A stretch of 64,000 nucleotides of DNA. Origin: Octopus sinensis (lineage: Eukaryota). The notes beneath the pieces were generated by a model. That model was given only the letters and a program-made list of their open reading frames with translations. It was not told the DNA's origin and searched no databases. The stretch covers positions 103,602,001 through 103,666,000 of the forward strand of contig NC_043004.1 of assembly GCF_006345805.1 (NCBI RefSeq). The letters run 5' to 3'. Position numbers and translations under genes: made by a program. Positions 63,651 to 64,000 of this stretch are shown here, one piece after another (position 1 is the first letter of the stretch; the number at the start of each line of letters is the position of its first letter).

Positions 63651-64000
63651 AATATTTCTCAGGGAGATAGCACCCCTTCCACACCACACATACTTTATCT
63701 CTTACCACCCGCTCTCTTTCCAAGAGGATTAAATCTGTAGTGGCTGATCCATGGTATGCTAAGCTGTTGTTGGCAAGTTTGAGGATATCCACCAAAATGT
63801 TGGAGGAAGGATGAACGATATGTGTTCAAGTAAAGATGGTGTAATATCAATTGACACAGAAATTTGTGTGATATTTTGTGTTTGCCTCTGTGTGTTTGTG
63901 TGTGTGCATTTATATTTATGGTCTGTTTTTAAATGTTTGTCTTTATACATTTATGGTTTGTGTTCGAATGTGTGTGTGTGTGTGTGTGTGTTTGTGTGTG

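Overview
Repeat-dense, AT-rich eukaryotic non-coding DNA, either intronic or intergenic. The repeat landscape suggests an octopus (coleoid cephalopod) genome: tRNA-derived SINEs with internal (TA)n/(TG)n, MetaSINE-like elements, RTE LINE 3' ends with (GAT)n tails and very abundant microsatellites. That assignment is an inference from recognition, not from a search. No intact host protein-coding gene is visible, and almost all listed ORFs are translations of microsatellites or SINEs. The only real coding remnants are retrotransposon fragments: a 2-kb RTE-type reverse transcriptase with a C4HC3 PHD finger inside the RT, a second RTE C-terminus, an L1/Tx1-like C-terminus and degenerate LINE relics. 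One 76-nt candidate exon lies at 15191-15266. The main findings are: (1) a ~98% identical 656-bp inverted duplication (16006-17656) with a fold-back hairpin exactly at one junction; (2) two copies of a Penelope-like fragment carrying a minimal hammerhead ribozyme with a non-canonical core; (3) the PHD-in-RT RTE element; (4) a second local inverted duplication that brackets one ribozyme copy; (5) TTAA-specific piggyBac-type MITEs (one nested pair), hAT MITEs and Helitron/Helentron-type elements. Coordinates and mismatch counts were read by hand. Repeat boundaries are approximate unless termini are quoted.
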